Assembly (NCBI GenBank): GCA_965218295.1
Contig: CBDCKN010000009.1
Location: 448,001 to 512,000, forward strand
Direction of reading: 5' to 3'
DNA: 64,000 nt
Source of the DNA: Longimicrobiales bacterium
Lineage (GTDB): Bacteria; Gemmatimonadota; Gemmatimonadetes; Longimicrobiales; Gaopeijiaceae
Position 1 is the stretch's first letter; every line of letters starts with the position of its first letter. Shown here piece by piece: positions 30,665-40,614 of this stretch. Position numbers and translations under genes: made by a program. The notes under the pieces are model-generated. The model was given only the letters and a program-made list of their open reading frames with translations, made no database searches and was not told where the DNA came from.

Positions 30665-31110
30665 GAGTTCGTCCCGTCCTCGAGGCTCAATCCCAGCAGC
30701 CCTGCAACTTTTCCCTGGACGTCGATGATCAAGTGCGCCTTCTGGAGCTCCTTCTCGAGGCGAGTGTTCTCGCGCTCCAGCTTGCGCACCTTCTCCTCCA
30801 GCGGATTGCGCTCGCGCTTACGGCCTCGTTTCTTCGACAGCGCTTTCAGGGACCCGCTATGCGCCGCCTTGCGCCATGTCGTCAGGTGCGACGAGTACAA
30901 GCCCTCCCGCCGTAGGAGTCGGCCAACCTCTCCGGGCTCCGTGCACCGGTCCGCTTCTTCGACGATCCGCAGCTTGTACGACGGAGCGAACCGCCGGCGC
31001 AGCGGCCTATCTACCACCTCCGAGTCCGCAGGAGCTGCCGCGCTTCGCTTACCGTCCCAGGTTGGTGGGGCTATTCCATTCTCTTTCATTCTCTCTCGGT
31101 GTCTCAGCAT
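30661..31110 (-). CDS. IS3 family transposase OrfA
   Basis: Same protein sequence as 24862..25311. Confidence 0.9.
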   Translation of the reverse strand: MLRHRERMKENGIAPPTWDGKRSAAAPADSEVVDRPLRRRFAPSYKLRIVEEADRCTEPGEVGRLLRREGLYSSHLTTWRKAAHSGSLKALSKKRGRKRERNPLEEKVRKLERENTRLEKELQKAHLIIDVQGKVAGLLGLSLEDGTNS

Positions 31111-31354
31111 CCTCGGTTTCTCTGCCTTCGCCCTACTCTAATTCCTTAGCTGCTCCGTGTCTCACGTAAGTTGGCAGAGAGGGCTCCGTGTCTCACGTAA
31201 GTTGGCAGAGAGGGGCCCCCTTCAGACTCGCCCTCACTGTGGGGAACTAACCTCCTCGCATCAGTCCCCTCCAGCCATCGCCCAACCTCATCATCACCCA
31301 TAGCTTGAGCGCATGGGCATGCACTCTTTGGTTTCGCTCAGTTCAACAAGGCGT

Positions 31355-31537
31355 TAACGCCCCTCTAAGCCACGAGGACGCTCCAGCCTACCCCCGAAAT
31401 ACCGAAGACAACCGAAGCCGCTCAGAGCGCGTCTAAGGCACGTACCGAGCATGTGTCGCCAATCCGTTGATCGCAAGGAATACGGAGCCATAAGCCTTCG
31501 ACTCACCCGCCGGAGGAGCCTCTCTGCTTGCGCCTAC
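31355..31537 (-). repeat. Structured intergenic repeat, copy R2 (longer variable insert)
   Basis: Reverse complement GTAGGCGCAAGCAGA...GCGCTCTGAGCGGCTTCGG...TTCGGTATTT...CCTCGTGGCTTAGAGGGGCGTTA. Confidence 0.8.
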
Positions 31538-33105
31538 CCCTCTCTGCCAACTTACGTGAGACACAGAGCAGCTAAGGAATTAGAGTAGGGCGAAGGCAGA
31601 GAAACCGAGGATGCTGAGACACCGTGAGAGAATGAAAGAGAATGGAATAGCCCCACCAACCTGGGACGGTAAGCGAAGCGCGGCAGCTCCTGCGGACTCG
31701 GAGGTGGTAGATAGGCCGCTGCGCCGGCGGTTCGCTCCGTCGTACAAGCTGCGGATCGTCGAAGAAGCGGACCGGTGCACGGAGCCCGGAGAGGTTGGCC
31801 GACTCCTACGGCGGGAGGGCTTGTACTCGTCGCACCTGACGACATGGCGCAAGGCGGCGCATAGCGGGTCCCTGAAAGCGCTGTCGAAGAAACGAGGCCG
31901 TAAGCGCGAGCGCAATCCGCTGGAGGAGAAGGTGCGCAAGCTGGAGCGCGAGAACACTCGCCTCGAGAAGGAGCTCCAGAAGGCGCACTTGATCATCGAC
32001 GTCCAGGGAAAAGTTGCAGGGCTGCTGGGATTGAGCCTCGAGGACGGGACGAACTCATGAAGGCGACCCAGGAGCTAGCCAAGCACGTAGGGGTGAAGCC
32101 CGCGTGCGATGCGCTCAGGGTGCCGCGAGCCACGTTCTACCGTCGTCGGAGTGCATCGACCGGGCATCAGCAGCCCCGCCCGACCCCCGCCCGGGCCTTA
32201 AGTGAGAGGGAGCGGGACAAGATTTTCGACACCCTGTGTTCGGAGCGGTTCGTGGACCGGTCCCCAGCCGAGGTGGTGGCGACGCTGCTCGACGAGGACG
32301 TCTACCTGTGCAGCGAGCGTACGATGTATCGCGTTCTGGCTTCCCAGGTGCCGGTTCAGGAGCGTCGAGCGCAGCGGAGTCATCCCAAATACCAGAAGCC
32401 CGAGTTGATGGCGAGGGGCCCGAACCAGGTCTGGTCCTGGGATATCACCCGGCTGCTGGGGCCGAAGAAGTGGAGTTACTTCTACCTCTACGTGATCCTG
32501 GACATCTTCAGCCGCTACGTCGTGGGATGGATGGTGGCGGATCGGGAGAACTCTGCCCTGGCCAGCCGGCTGATCCAGCAGAGTTGCTTGAAGCATGGCG
32601 TCCAGCCCCACCTCCTGACCCTGCATTCCGATCGAGGGGCTCCGATGACGAGCCAATGCACGGCTCAACTACTCGCCGATCTCGGCGTGACCCGCTCGTT
32701 GGGCCGACCCCAGGTCTCGGATGACAATCCGTTCTCCGAGGCTCAGTTCAAGACCTTGAAGTACCATCCCTCGTTTCCCGGCCGGTTCGGGGATCAGGGG
32801 CAAGCCAAGACCTTCTGTCGCTCGTTCTTCCGTTGGTATAATGCCGAGCACCGCCATGGCGGCATCTCGATGCTGACCCCCCGAACAGGTCCACTTCGGT
32901 CACGCCGATCGGATCATCGCCTGCAGGAAGGCCGTGCTCCGTGAGGCATGGGCCGCTCATCCCGAGCGCTTCGTCTCCGGTGAGCCGAAGCCTAAACCAC
33001 TCCCGGAGGCCGTCTGGATCAATCCTCCCACCCCATCCCTCACTACACAGGAGATTGCTCTCTAATTGATTTCCAAGAGTGTCTCACTGGCGTTGACAGG
33101 TTCCG
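31538..33105 (+). mobile_element. IS3-family element, copy C (orfA 31611-32060; orfB from 32057 with +1 C frameshift near 32880)
   Basis: Same ends and ORFs as copy A; C6 instead of C5 in ATGCTGACCCCC. Confidence 0.93.
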
Positions 33106-33549
33106 GCGAGGTACGCCTCTCATTCGTCAGCGCCGAGGTGGCGTGCGTTCGGTACCTCTTGACGAACCTCATGCTGCATGAGCAGGAGGGTTAGTCGTTC
33201 GTCGTCACCGCTTTCGCAACGCCTATTCGGCGGACCCCGCGGGCAGTCACCCTGCCAAAGCTCATCGTTGAGCCCTGTTGCCTCGGCCTGCCCCGTCCTA
33301 TTGTGCCGGCAATCGACCGCTTCGATTGACACGCATGAAGTAGTCACAGAGCAGCGCTTGCTTGAGATCCTGAACGAAGAGCTTCGCCAGTCGCCAGAAT
33401 GCGAAGGTGCAGAGATCGTGGGTGATTTGTGGCGTATGGACAGGAGCGGCTCAACAACCCAAAGATCACGAAGTGAGGAGCGGGGATCGGGAGAGTGAAT
33501 CCGTGCTGCGGAAGCGCGTTTAGCTACCGCTTTTGAAGAGGAGCAAGCC

Positions 33550-35418
33550 GTGAGATCGTTTGCCGCCTGTCTGCTTCTAGTGGGGACGGTCGTGCTGGTG
33601 CCGTCGACGGCATCGTCGGCCCAGCAAACGGCCCCAGAGGCCATTCTCCACGAGCGGGACCTCATGATCCCGATGCGCGATGGAGTGAAGCTCGCGACCG
33701 ACATCTACCGGCCCGCCCGCAACGGGGTGCCGGTGGAGGAGCGCCTGCCCATTGTCCTCTACCGGACGCCGTACAACAAGACGACTCCCGGGAGGGCGGA
33801 GCAGGCGCAGTTCTTTGCCCGGCACGGGTACGTGGCGGTGGTGCAGGACACCCGGGGCCGGTACAAGTCGGAGGGGAGCTTCCAGAAGTATAACGAGTTG
33901 GATGCGCCGGACGGCTACGACGCCATCGAGTGGCTGGCGAAGCTTCCGTACGCGGACGGCAAGGTCGGGATGTACGGCACCTCGTACAACGCCCACACCC
34001 AGGCCGACGCCGCTAAGATGAACCCGCCGCATCTCACCACCATCGTGGTCAACCAGGGTGGGATCTCCAACGGGTGGAAGAACAGCGTGCGCTGGCACGG
34101 GGCGTTCGAGCAGAGGTGGCAGCTCTCGTGGGCCCTCTCGAACCTGCGGGGCGAGCTCGACAACGACGCCCTGGTGGACGGGATCCTGGCGATCGAAAAG
34201 GCGGACGAGTGGCTCCACGCGCTGCCCCTGAGGAAGGGCCAGAACCCCCTCTCCGTCTCCCCCGACTTCGAGGAGTACTACCTGAAGCAGGCCACCCAGG
34301 GGGACGCCGACTGGTGGAAGGGGCTGGGGGTCAACTGGGAGGAGTACTACGAGCAGACCGCCGACATCCCGATGCTCCAGATCGGCGGATGGTTCGACTA
34401 CTTCTGCGGGGGCACCATCGACAACTTCGTGGGGCTCTCGGCCATCAAGGAGGGACCGATCCGCCTGCTTATGGGCCCCTGGACCCACGGTGGGAACGAC
34501 GAGAGCTTCGCCGGTGACGCGGAGTTCGGGCCCGAGGCCACGATCCGGGACTTCCACACCTACTTCCAACTACGGTGGCTCGACCACTACTTGAAGGGGA
34601 AGGGCACGGGGGTGGAGGACCACCCTCCCGTCCGGCTGTTCGTCATGGGGAGCGGGGACGGACACAGGGACGGGAACGGGCGGCTCTTCCACGGGGGTTA
34701 CTGGAGGGACGAGGAGCGCTGGCCGCTGCCCGGCACCCGGTTTAGGGAGTACTATTTCCACGGGGACGGGAGCCTCAGCACGACGGGGCCGGCCTCCGGG
34801 CCGGAGTCCACGACCTACACCTTCGACCCCGACGATCCCGTCCCCAGCATCGGGGGATCGTTCTACGGCGCGGAAGGCGGCTTCAATCAGCGGGAGAACG
34901 AGGACTGCTTCGGCTGCGAGCCGCCCTACCTGCCCCTGAAGGCCCGGGCCGACGTGGTCGTCTTCCAGACCCAGCCGCTCGAGGAAGACGTGGAGGTCGT
35001 GGGACCCATCGTGGTGAAGCTCTACGCTTTCTCCACGGCCCTGGACACCGACTTCACGGCGAAGCTCGTGGACGTCTACCCCGCGAGCCTGGGCTATCCA
35101 GCGGGCTACGACTTGGGCCTTACCGACGGGATCCTCCGGGCGCGGTACCGGAACTCTCCGTCCAGCCAGGAGTTGATGACCCCCGGTGAGGTCTATGAGT
35201 TTACCATTGAACCGTACCCCACCGCCAACGTGTTCAAGAAGGGGCACCGGATCCGGATCGACATCTCCAGCAGCAACTTCCCCCGGTTCGACGTGAACCC
35301 CAACACCGGGGAATCCCTGGGCATGGAGCGGCGGAAGATCAAGGCGGACAACACCATCTATCATAGCTCCCAGTACCCGTCGCACGTCATCCTCCCCATC
35401 GTTCCCTCCAAACGATGA
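33550..35418 (+). CDS. CocE/NonD family hydrolase, secreted
   Basis: Signal peptide; MRDGVKLATDIYRP, RTPY, QDTRGRYKSEG, GTSY nucleophile, GPWTH, ISSSNFPRF. Confidence 0.95.
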   Translation: MRSFAACLLLVGTVVLVPSTASSAQQTAPEAILHERDLMIPMRDGVKLATDIYRPARNGVPVEERLPIVLYRTPYNKTTPGRAEQAQFFARHGYVAVVQDTRGRYKSEGSFQKYNELDAPDGYDAIEWLAKLPYADGKVGMYGTSYNAHTQADAAKMNPPHLTTIVVNQGGISNGWKNSVRWHGAFEQRWQLSWALSNLRGELDNDALVDGILAIEKADEWLHALPLRKGQNPLSVSPDFEEYYLKQATQGDADWWKGLGVNWEEYYEQTADIPMLQIGGWFDYFCGGTIDNFVGLSAIKEGPIRLLMGPWTHGGNDESFAGDAEFGPEATIRDFHTYFQLRWLDHYLKGKGTGVEDHPPVRLFVMGSGDGHRDGNGRLFHGGYWRDEERWPLPGTRFREYYFHGDGSLSTTGPASGPESTTYTFDPDDPVPSIGGSFYGAEGGFNQRENEDCFGCEPPYLPLKARADVVVFQTQPLEEDVEVVGPIVVKLYAFSTALDTDFTAKLVDVYPASLGYPAGYDLGLTDGILRARYRNSPSSQELMTPGEVYEFTIEPYPTANVFKKGHRIRIDISSSNFPRFDVNPNTGESLGMERRKIKADNTIYHSSQYPSHVILPIVPSKR

Positions 35419-35602
35419 GGGAGGAACGACTCGAACGGGTGAGACGAGTAGCGAAGCAGATCGAAGCATGACACGGCGTACAGTAACCCCCGGCGTGGTC
35501 CTCGTCTTCTCTTGTCTTGTCTCCTGGCGGGTTGTCGGCAACCCGACGGTCTGTACGAGGTAGTGGTCCAGGAACAGGACTTCATGCTCCCGAGAGCGGT
35601 CC

Positions 35603-35716
35603 GGTAGGCGCAAGCAGAGCCACGTCAGACGCTTGTAAAGGCGTTCTGAGCGTCTTCGGGCTTTATTCGGCATCCCTGGGTAGGGCAGAGCGCCCTCGTG
35701 GCTTAGAGGGCCGTTA
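35603..35716 (+). repeat. Structured intergenic repeat, copy R3
   Basis: GGTAGGCGCAAGCAGA...TTCTGAGCGTCTTCGGG...GCGCCCTCGTGGCTTAGAGGGCCGTTA. Confidence 0.8.
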
Positions 35717-35815
35717 GGGGCTCGGCCTCTGCCACGCCATTACAGCCACGCCCAAGGGGCCAATCCCAGCGCGAAGATCATTGCCGTGTGGATCAGGGCC
35801 AACGTTGGTGAAACA

Positions 35816-36109
35816 TCACTTCCCCAACTTGTTGTGCCTCGGCTTGGACCTCTTGATGCTGCGCGCCTCGGCTTCACGCGCCTCAGCGATCGTGCCTTTG
35901 GGGGTGATCTCCACAGTTGTGGCACCCGGAATCGCGTCGGGTCCTCCGGGCAGATGTTCCTTGAGCCGCTCTGCGACACGTCCTCTCTTAGCCACCCCGG
36001 TGTATGTGTGGGTCCCGGCTCGGTTGCGGATCTTGTAGACGACAGGTTTGTCCTGGGCCAGTGATTCGATGCCCGTCTTGCTAAACCGGGCCTTCTTTTT
36101 TCCCGGCAA
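35816..36109 (-). CDS. Minimal GIY-YIG nuclease family protein
   Basis: VVYKI..TYTG..RLKEH..A..AE..I..KPRHN pattern; GGAGGT RBS before TTG. Confidence 0.78.
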   Translation of the reverse strand: MPGKKKARFSKTGIESLAQDKPVVYKIRNRAGTHTYTGVAKRGRVAERLKEHLPGGPDAIPGATTVEITPKGTIAEAREAEARSIKRSKPRHNKLGK

Positions 36110-36145
36110 GATATACCTCCGAGGTAATAGTCATGATCGTCCCTC

Positions 36146-36340
36146 TTACGCCCTGGCCCGATCCAGCAGCGCTTCGATCTCGTCGTCGGTCACGTCGGCA
36201 AGCGGCGTATCCGATCGCACCTCCGCCGTGAACTGCTTCCCCTCCGCCGCGAACGCCAGCACTCCGCGCCGCTCACCCCGTTCGAGCCAGAGCAGCCAGT
36301 GCTTGCCGTCCCTCGGGTCGGTCCAGTCGCGGTGGGTCAT
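36146..36340 (-). CDS. Small hypothetical protein
   Basis: 64 aa, GAGGT directly upstream, co-directional with the GIY-YIG gene. Confidence 0.55.
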   Translation of the reverse strand: MTHRDWTDPRDGKHWLLWLERGERRGVLAFAAEGKQFTAEVRSDTPLADVTDDEIEALLDRARA

Positions 36341-36456
36341 ACCTCGGCTCCGACGACTGATGTCAGTTCCGGCTTCAGCACCTTGAGCGCGACCTTGCGA
36401 TTGTGTTTGAGATCGTTAGCCAGGTAAACGATGGCCATCCCGCCCTCACCCAACTG
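36337..36456 (-). pseudogene. N-terminal fragment of a Hanks-type Ser/Thr protein kinase
   Basis: Translates QLGEGGMAIVYLANDLKHNRKVALKVLKPELTSVVGAE (subdomains I-II), then stops. Confidence 0.8.
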
Positions 36457-36479
36457 GCCTGCGCGCACAGGATAGCAGC

Positions 36480-37925
36480 CTACCTCCTGGGCCGCACCTC
36501 CACCTCCAGATCCTGACGCCTATACATGCAGATCCCGTTCACGTCCTCGCAGACGTAGTAGAGGGCGTATCCCGGTATGGTGATCGGGCCGCGGCCGAGC
36601 TCCTGGGGCGCACGGATCTCAGCCTCGATCACGCGGGTCTCCAGTGACACCACCTCGGGAGGGAGCGGATAGCTGGACATCCTGGTCTCGACTTCCCATC
36701 CCTCGGGCGGATCGAGCCAGAGGACCATCTCCTCGGCCTCGTTGTTCCAGTGCGCTTTCGTCCGCTGGATCGGTCGGAACGAGAAATGCAGCCGCGTGAC
36801 GTCCCCGGGAGCGACCCTGGCCGGGACCGCAACGGCCTCGGCTTCAATGAACTGGTCCTCGTCGCGAAGCACGCGACCCAGAGGGTCGGGCTCTGGGGGG
36901 GCGTCCAGGCCGACGACGAAGTCCCTTTGCGGGCTGGCGAACTCGGAGCCACGAGGCTCGACGGTGAGTGGAGCAGGCTCTTCGCCCCGGGCCTGGATCT
37001 CCTCGCGGGCCGTGACGACCCAGTCGTAGAAGGGGTACGGTTTATCTAGCCGCGGGCCATACTGCTGGATGCGTCTGCGCCAAATGTACTGGTTGGGATC
37101 GATCTCGAGCGCGGCGGACCACTCGTCCACGGCCTTCTGGAAGTCGCCTTTGCGCCGACCGTCCGAGTCGTAGCGCATCCGGTGGGCGACGCCCAGGCGG
37201 AAGTGCGCCATGCCGTCCTCCGGCTGCTCGCGCACCACCCACTCGTACGCGTCGACGGCCTGATCCACTCGGCCGGCTCCACCCCACACGGCGATCGCGT
37301 CACCATAGGCCCTCCACGCCTCCGCGCTGCCCTCGGACCGTGCGCGCGCATAGAGGGCAGCCACGTCCGGCGGAGGAGTGGCTGGCGACGGCTCGCCCCG
37401 CACGGAGCCGAAGCTCTCCTCCAGAAAGTCGTCGCTGACGCTGCCGTCCTTCTGCATCGCCGGCAGAACCTTCCGAATCACGCCGCTCTCGTCGATCGCA
37501 AGGGAGATCGGCACGTAGGGCGCCCCCAGCAGATCGTACGAGTCGACCAAAATGGGCCACCCCATCTGCTTCCACTGCATGAAGAGGAGGGCCCGGTCGG
37601 GGTGCTGCTCCTGGATGATCCCGACCATCTGTACGCTGCCGACGTCCTGGAGGCTCTCGGTCGCGTTGTGCCACCCGGGCACGTGTCGCCTACAGCCTGC
37701 TCACCAGGATGCAAAGATGTGTAGGATGACCTTCTGACCGCGGAAGTCGGCGATAGACGCGGGCCGCCCGTCGTCGAGGGACGGGAGCGACAGAGTGGGG
37801 AACGGTCTGCCCACCTTGAAGCCGTGCGACGGCATGGAGCTCTGCGCACGCGCTTCGCTCGGAACAGCGATGGCGATCAGCAGGAGTAGTGTGACGGCGA
37901 ATTGTCGGGCGGATGTGTTCATCAT
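36480..37925 (-). CDS. Probable selenoprotein: exported TlpA/AhpC-TSA thioredoxin domain (UxxC) + TPR + DsbD-N-like domain
   Basis: ORFs 37701..37925 and 36480..37682 are in frame and joined by TGA 37701-37703, giving FASW-U-AGC. Downstream hairpin GTGCC-CGGGT-GGCAC. Signal peptide; C-terminal YYVCEDVNGIC. Confidence 0.85.
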
Positions 37926-38000
37926 TCCTCCAACTGCACGGCAGCCCTCTCCAGTTTAGCTCGCAGTCGGTCGCACGTCGAGCAAGGGAGCCGAGGTCGT

Positions 38001-38047
38001 TAGGCTGGAGCGCCCTCCTGGCTTGGAGGGCCATTATGGGCGTGCTC
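38001..38047 (+). repeat. Structured intergenic repeat, partial copy R4
   Basis: GGCTGGAGCGCCCTCCTGGCTTGGAGGGCCATTATGGGCGTGCTC matches the 3' part of R1 and its flank. Confidence 0.65.
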
Positions 38048-38249
38048 TCCTCTGAACCCAATACACCACAACAGCATAACGCCTTGCTCAAGCAGGGTGC
38101 CGGACTCGAAAAGGGTCTTTAAAATGCCTATCCCTTATCGAAAACCTAGCTCGCCGGTTCTACGAACCATCCCTAAAGCGAGTAGCCGGTAGGTTTGCGT
38201 GGCGTTCGCTGACGGTGTCACACTCCCGCCTCGTGCTACTCGACCAGAT

Positions 38250-38774
38250 TCAGGATGTCTTCGTGAGCCGGCTGACGATCTCCTCGATGACGGCGTCCGC
38301 CCGTTCTTTGATCTCGGCCGGAGTCCGATCCTGAATCGGGTGTGGGACGAAAACCGCGTCCAGGTCGGGCCGCCCCAGGCGGCTCGCCTGCACCCTGGCA
38401 GCTGTGCGAAACTCCTCCGTGGCGAGGGGCACGGAGGGGATGCCTTCCGCTTCGAGTCGAACGCTGTCGTGCAAACTGCACGTTGTGCAGGAGCCTCAGT
38501 CGGCCAGCGCTTCGATCACCCCATCCACGAAAGCGAGCCTCTCCCGCAGGGCTCTAGGAGCCGGCTTCGTGTAGGTCGGCTTGACCTCGCGAACGATTCG
38601 GGAAACGCCGTAGCGCTCCTTGAGAATCTCCTCCAGCCGATCCAAGAACTCCTTCCCTCGGGGCTTGCTGATGTCGAGCAGGGCGAGGGTCTTGCCCTCG
38701 AGGCTATCGAGCCGGGGCGCAGGAGGCAGCCGGTCTTGGGAGCGTTCATCGAGAGGGTTCACCAACGTGGACAT
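38250..38774 (-). CDS. UGSC family selenoprotein
   Basis: ORFs 38496..38879 and 38250..38474 are joined in frame by TGA 38496-38498, giving ALAD-U-GSCTTCSLHD. GGAG RBS before ATG 38774. Hairpin CGTGCA-GTT-TGCACG downstream of the TGA. Confidence 0.88.
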
Positions 38775-38806
38775 GGAATCTCCTTGTTGCATGTTCTTTT
38801 GCGTCC

Positions 38807-40459
38807 TTACCACTCTATTCGTGTATTTACCAACACCGGATATGTCACGATCTGAGAGCCTCCGGCGCCCGCCAGCCAACCCCCCAGGACTGCGGAAAAT
38901 TTTCCGGCCGTGCCGCCCGCCACGATGATCCGAATCTGCGACGGGTCTTCGAACTTCCGATAGTGGGGCTCACCGTCGATCAGGACTTCCTCGTAGGTAT
39001 CGCGGAGCTGGGTACCCTCCGTGCCCTCGTGGTCGAACGCCCGGAGGGGAACGCCGGTCTGCTCGAAGAGGAAGTCGCGCGCGTCGCTCTTGGAGAATCC
39101 GTCGGAGCTCAAGGTCGCGGCGTGCTCAGGGCACAACACCACCAGCGCGTCGATCCGCCCGCACCGCCTCCAGCTCCAGATCATGGAGAGCGTGGCGCCA
39201 ATCGTGCGGAGCACTCCGGCCCCGGTTCGGGCCGTGTGCTCGCTCACCTCCGTGAGCCCGCCGGCGGCGAACAGCGTGACGGTGCTCTGGTTCTGACCGA
39301 AGCCGAGCTCTACGTGGAGAGGCTCCCAGGGACTCTCCTCGTGATTCTCGGCCACGCAGTACGAGAAGCGTCCCGGACTTCCCAGCGCCGACATGTCGAT
39401 CTCACCCGGGAGAGCACCCCCCAGGTTCGCCATCACGAGTTGGAGCGCCCGGCCCACCGAGCTGTTGGCCCGAGCCACGTTTCCGAACACCCCCGCCCCG
39501 CTCGCGAAGCCCAAGCGCGTGGTGGCCGGCCCGCTCAGGATGATCAACGGAGTGGCCGAGTGGGTCGTCGCCTGCACCCCGTGCAGGTTGAAGCGCTCGT
39601 CGCAAGCGGCCCTGACCACAGGGATCAGAACCTCCATGTACTCCGGCTTGCAGCCCGCCATCACCGCGTTGGCGGCAATCTTCTCGACCGTGGCGGGCCC
39701 GTAGCAGGGCGGGACCAGTCCCACCACACGATCCGGTGAGTGTGGGATCGCCGCCAAGAAGGCGTCGACCCGTTCCGCCGTAGGTGGGACCACGGGAACG
39801 AATGGCGAGAAGCCGGCGCTCATGCAATACTCGTACGGATCTTCGTCCTCGGCCAACGTGAGGCGTGAGGCCCGCGGCGCGCGATCGGGAAGCGGATCGA
39901 TTGGCTCGGGCGGCGCCTCGTCAGACGCTTCGACAGCCCCGACGGCCACCGCCGACTCGAGGTGGCGGGACGCACAGCCGGGCTTCATCATGGGAGCCCC
40001 ATCGTCGAGGTCGGCCACTGTCCGCACCGGAAGTCCGAGGTCAGAGAGCATTCTCTCCGCGGCCGAGTTGAGGTCCCCCTTGTGGAAGCCCACCTCGGAG
40101 AACTCGATCTGTCCCCCGTGGCCCACGAGAAATAGCGCCGGGACGCTGGGCGGATTGAAGCTGCGAGACGCATCCAGATCGACGTCCAAGAGCACCGGGA
40201 AGCTCACGTCATAGGCCTCCACCAGCTCTCGTGTTTCAGGGCCACCGTCCTGCGAGACCGCCACGACCCGATGGCCATTGGGGCCGAGCGCCTCGGCCAG
40301 GCGTTTCAGGTACGGGACCGTAAGGCGGCAGGTGGGACAGTCGGTCTCGATGAATGAGAGGAGGATGGGACCCTCGGTCGTCTCCTCCCCGAGTCGCCAA
40401 TCGGTTCCGTCCAGCCGGGCGAGTGAGAAGTCCGGTGCCGGATCTCCCGGAGCAAGCAT
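38807..40459 (-). CDS. Redoxin (AhpC/TSA, CPTC) fused to the conserved UGSC-associated domain
   Basis: N-terminal APDFSL..DCPTC. C-terminal VVPPT..V, TVEKIAANAVMAGC, RANSSVGRAL, AENHEESPW motifs, which I recognise from proteins encoded beside UGSC genes. Confidence 0.8.
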   Translation of the reverse strand: MLAPGDPAPDFSLARLDGTDWRLGEETTEGPILLSFIETDCPTCRLTVPYLKRLAEALGPNGHRVVAVSQDGGPETRELVEAYDVSFPVLLDVDLDASRSFNPPSVPALFLVGHGGQIEFSEVGFHKGDLNSAAERMLSDLGLPVRTVADLDDGAPMMKPGCASRHLESAVAVGAVEASDEAPPEPIDPLPDRAPRASRLTLAEDEDPYEYCMSAGFSPFVPVVPPTAERVDAFLAAIPHSPDRVVGLVPPCYGPATVEKIAANAVMAGCKPEYMEVLIPVVRAACDERFNLHGVQATTHSATPLIILSGPATTRLGFASGAGVFGNVARANSSVGRALQLVMANLGGALPGEIDMSALGSPGRFSYCVAENHEESPWEPLHVELGFGQNQSTVTLFAAGGLTEVSEHTARTGAGVLRTIGATLSMIWSWRRCGRIDALVVLCPEHAATLSSDGFSKSDARDFLFEQTGVPLRAFDHEGTEGTQLRDTYEEVLIDGEPHYRKFEDPSQIRIIVAGGTAGKFSAVLGGWLAGAGGSQIVTYPVLVNTRIEW

Positions 40460-40614
40460 GGTCAGGTCACAGGATGGAGGGTGAGTACGCCGCCGAACGC
40501 CGCTTCGGGCTTGCGAGCCCAGTATCCTATGGGCTGAGGGTGAGGCGCAAGCCGCCGCGGGAGCAGACCCTGGAGCAGGCCAGTGGAAGCTACTGGTGGA
40601 GCGAGCCTGCCCGG

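Larger units (their letters stand above)
29617..31214 (-). mobile_element. IS3-family element, copy B, with 31-bp tandem duplication of the left end
   Basis: Near-identical to copy A; 31153-31183 repeated at 31184-31214. Confidence 0.93.

Noticed and set aside
24789..31214. Composite transposon formed by IS3 copies A and B
   Set aside because: Copy A has its own target duplication inside a continuous gene fragment, so it inserted independently.
26730..38050. Canonical integron cassette array
   Set aside because: No intI in the window; the repeats lack the RYYYAAC...GTTRRRY attC symmetry, and the genes point both ways.
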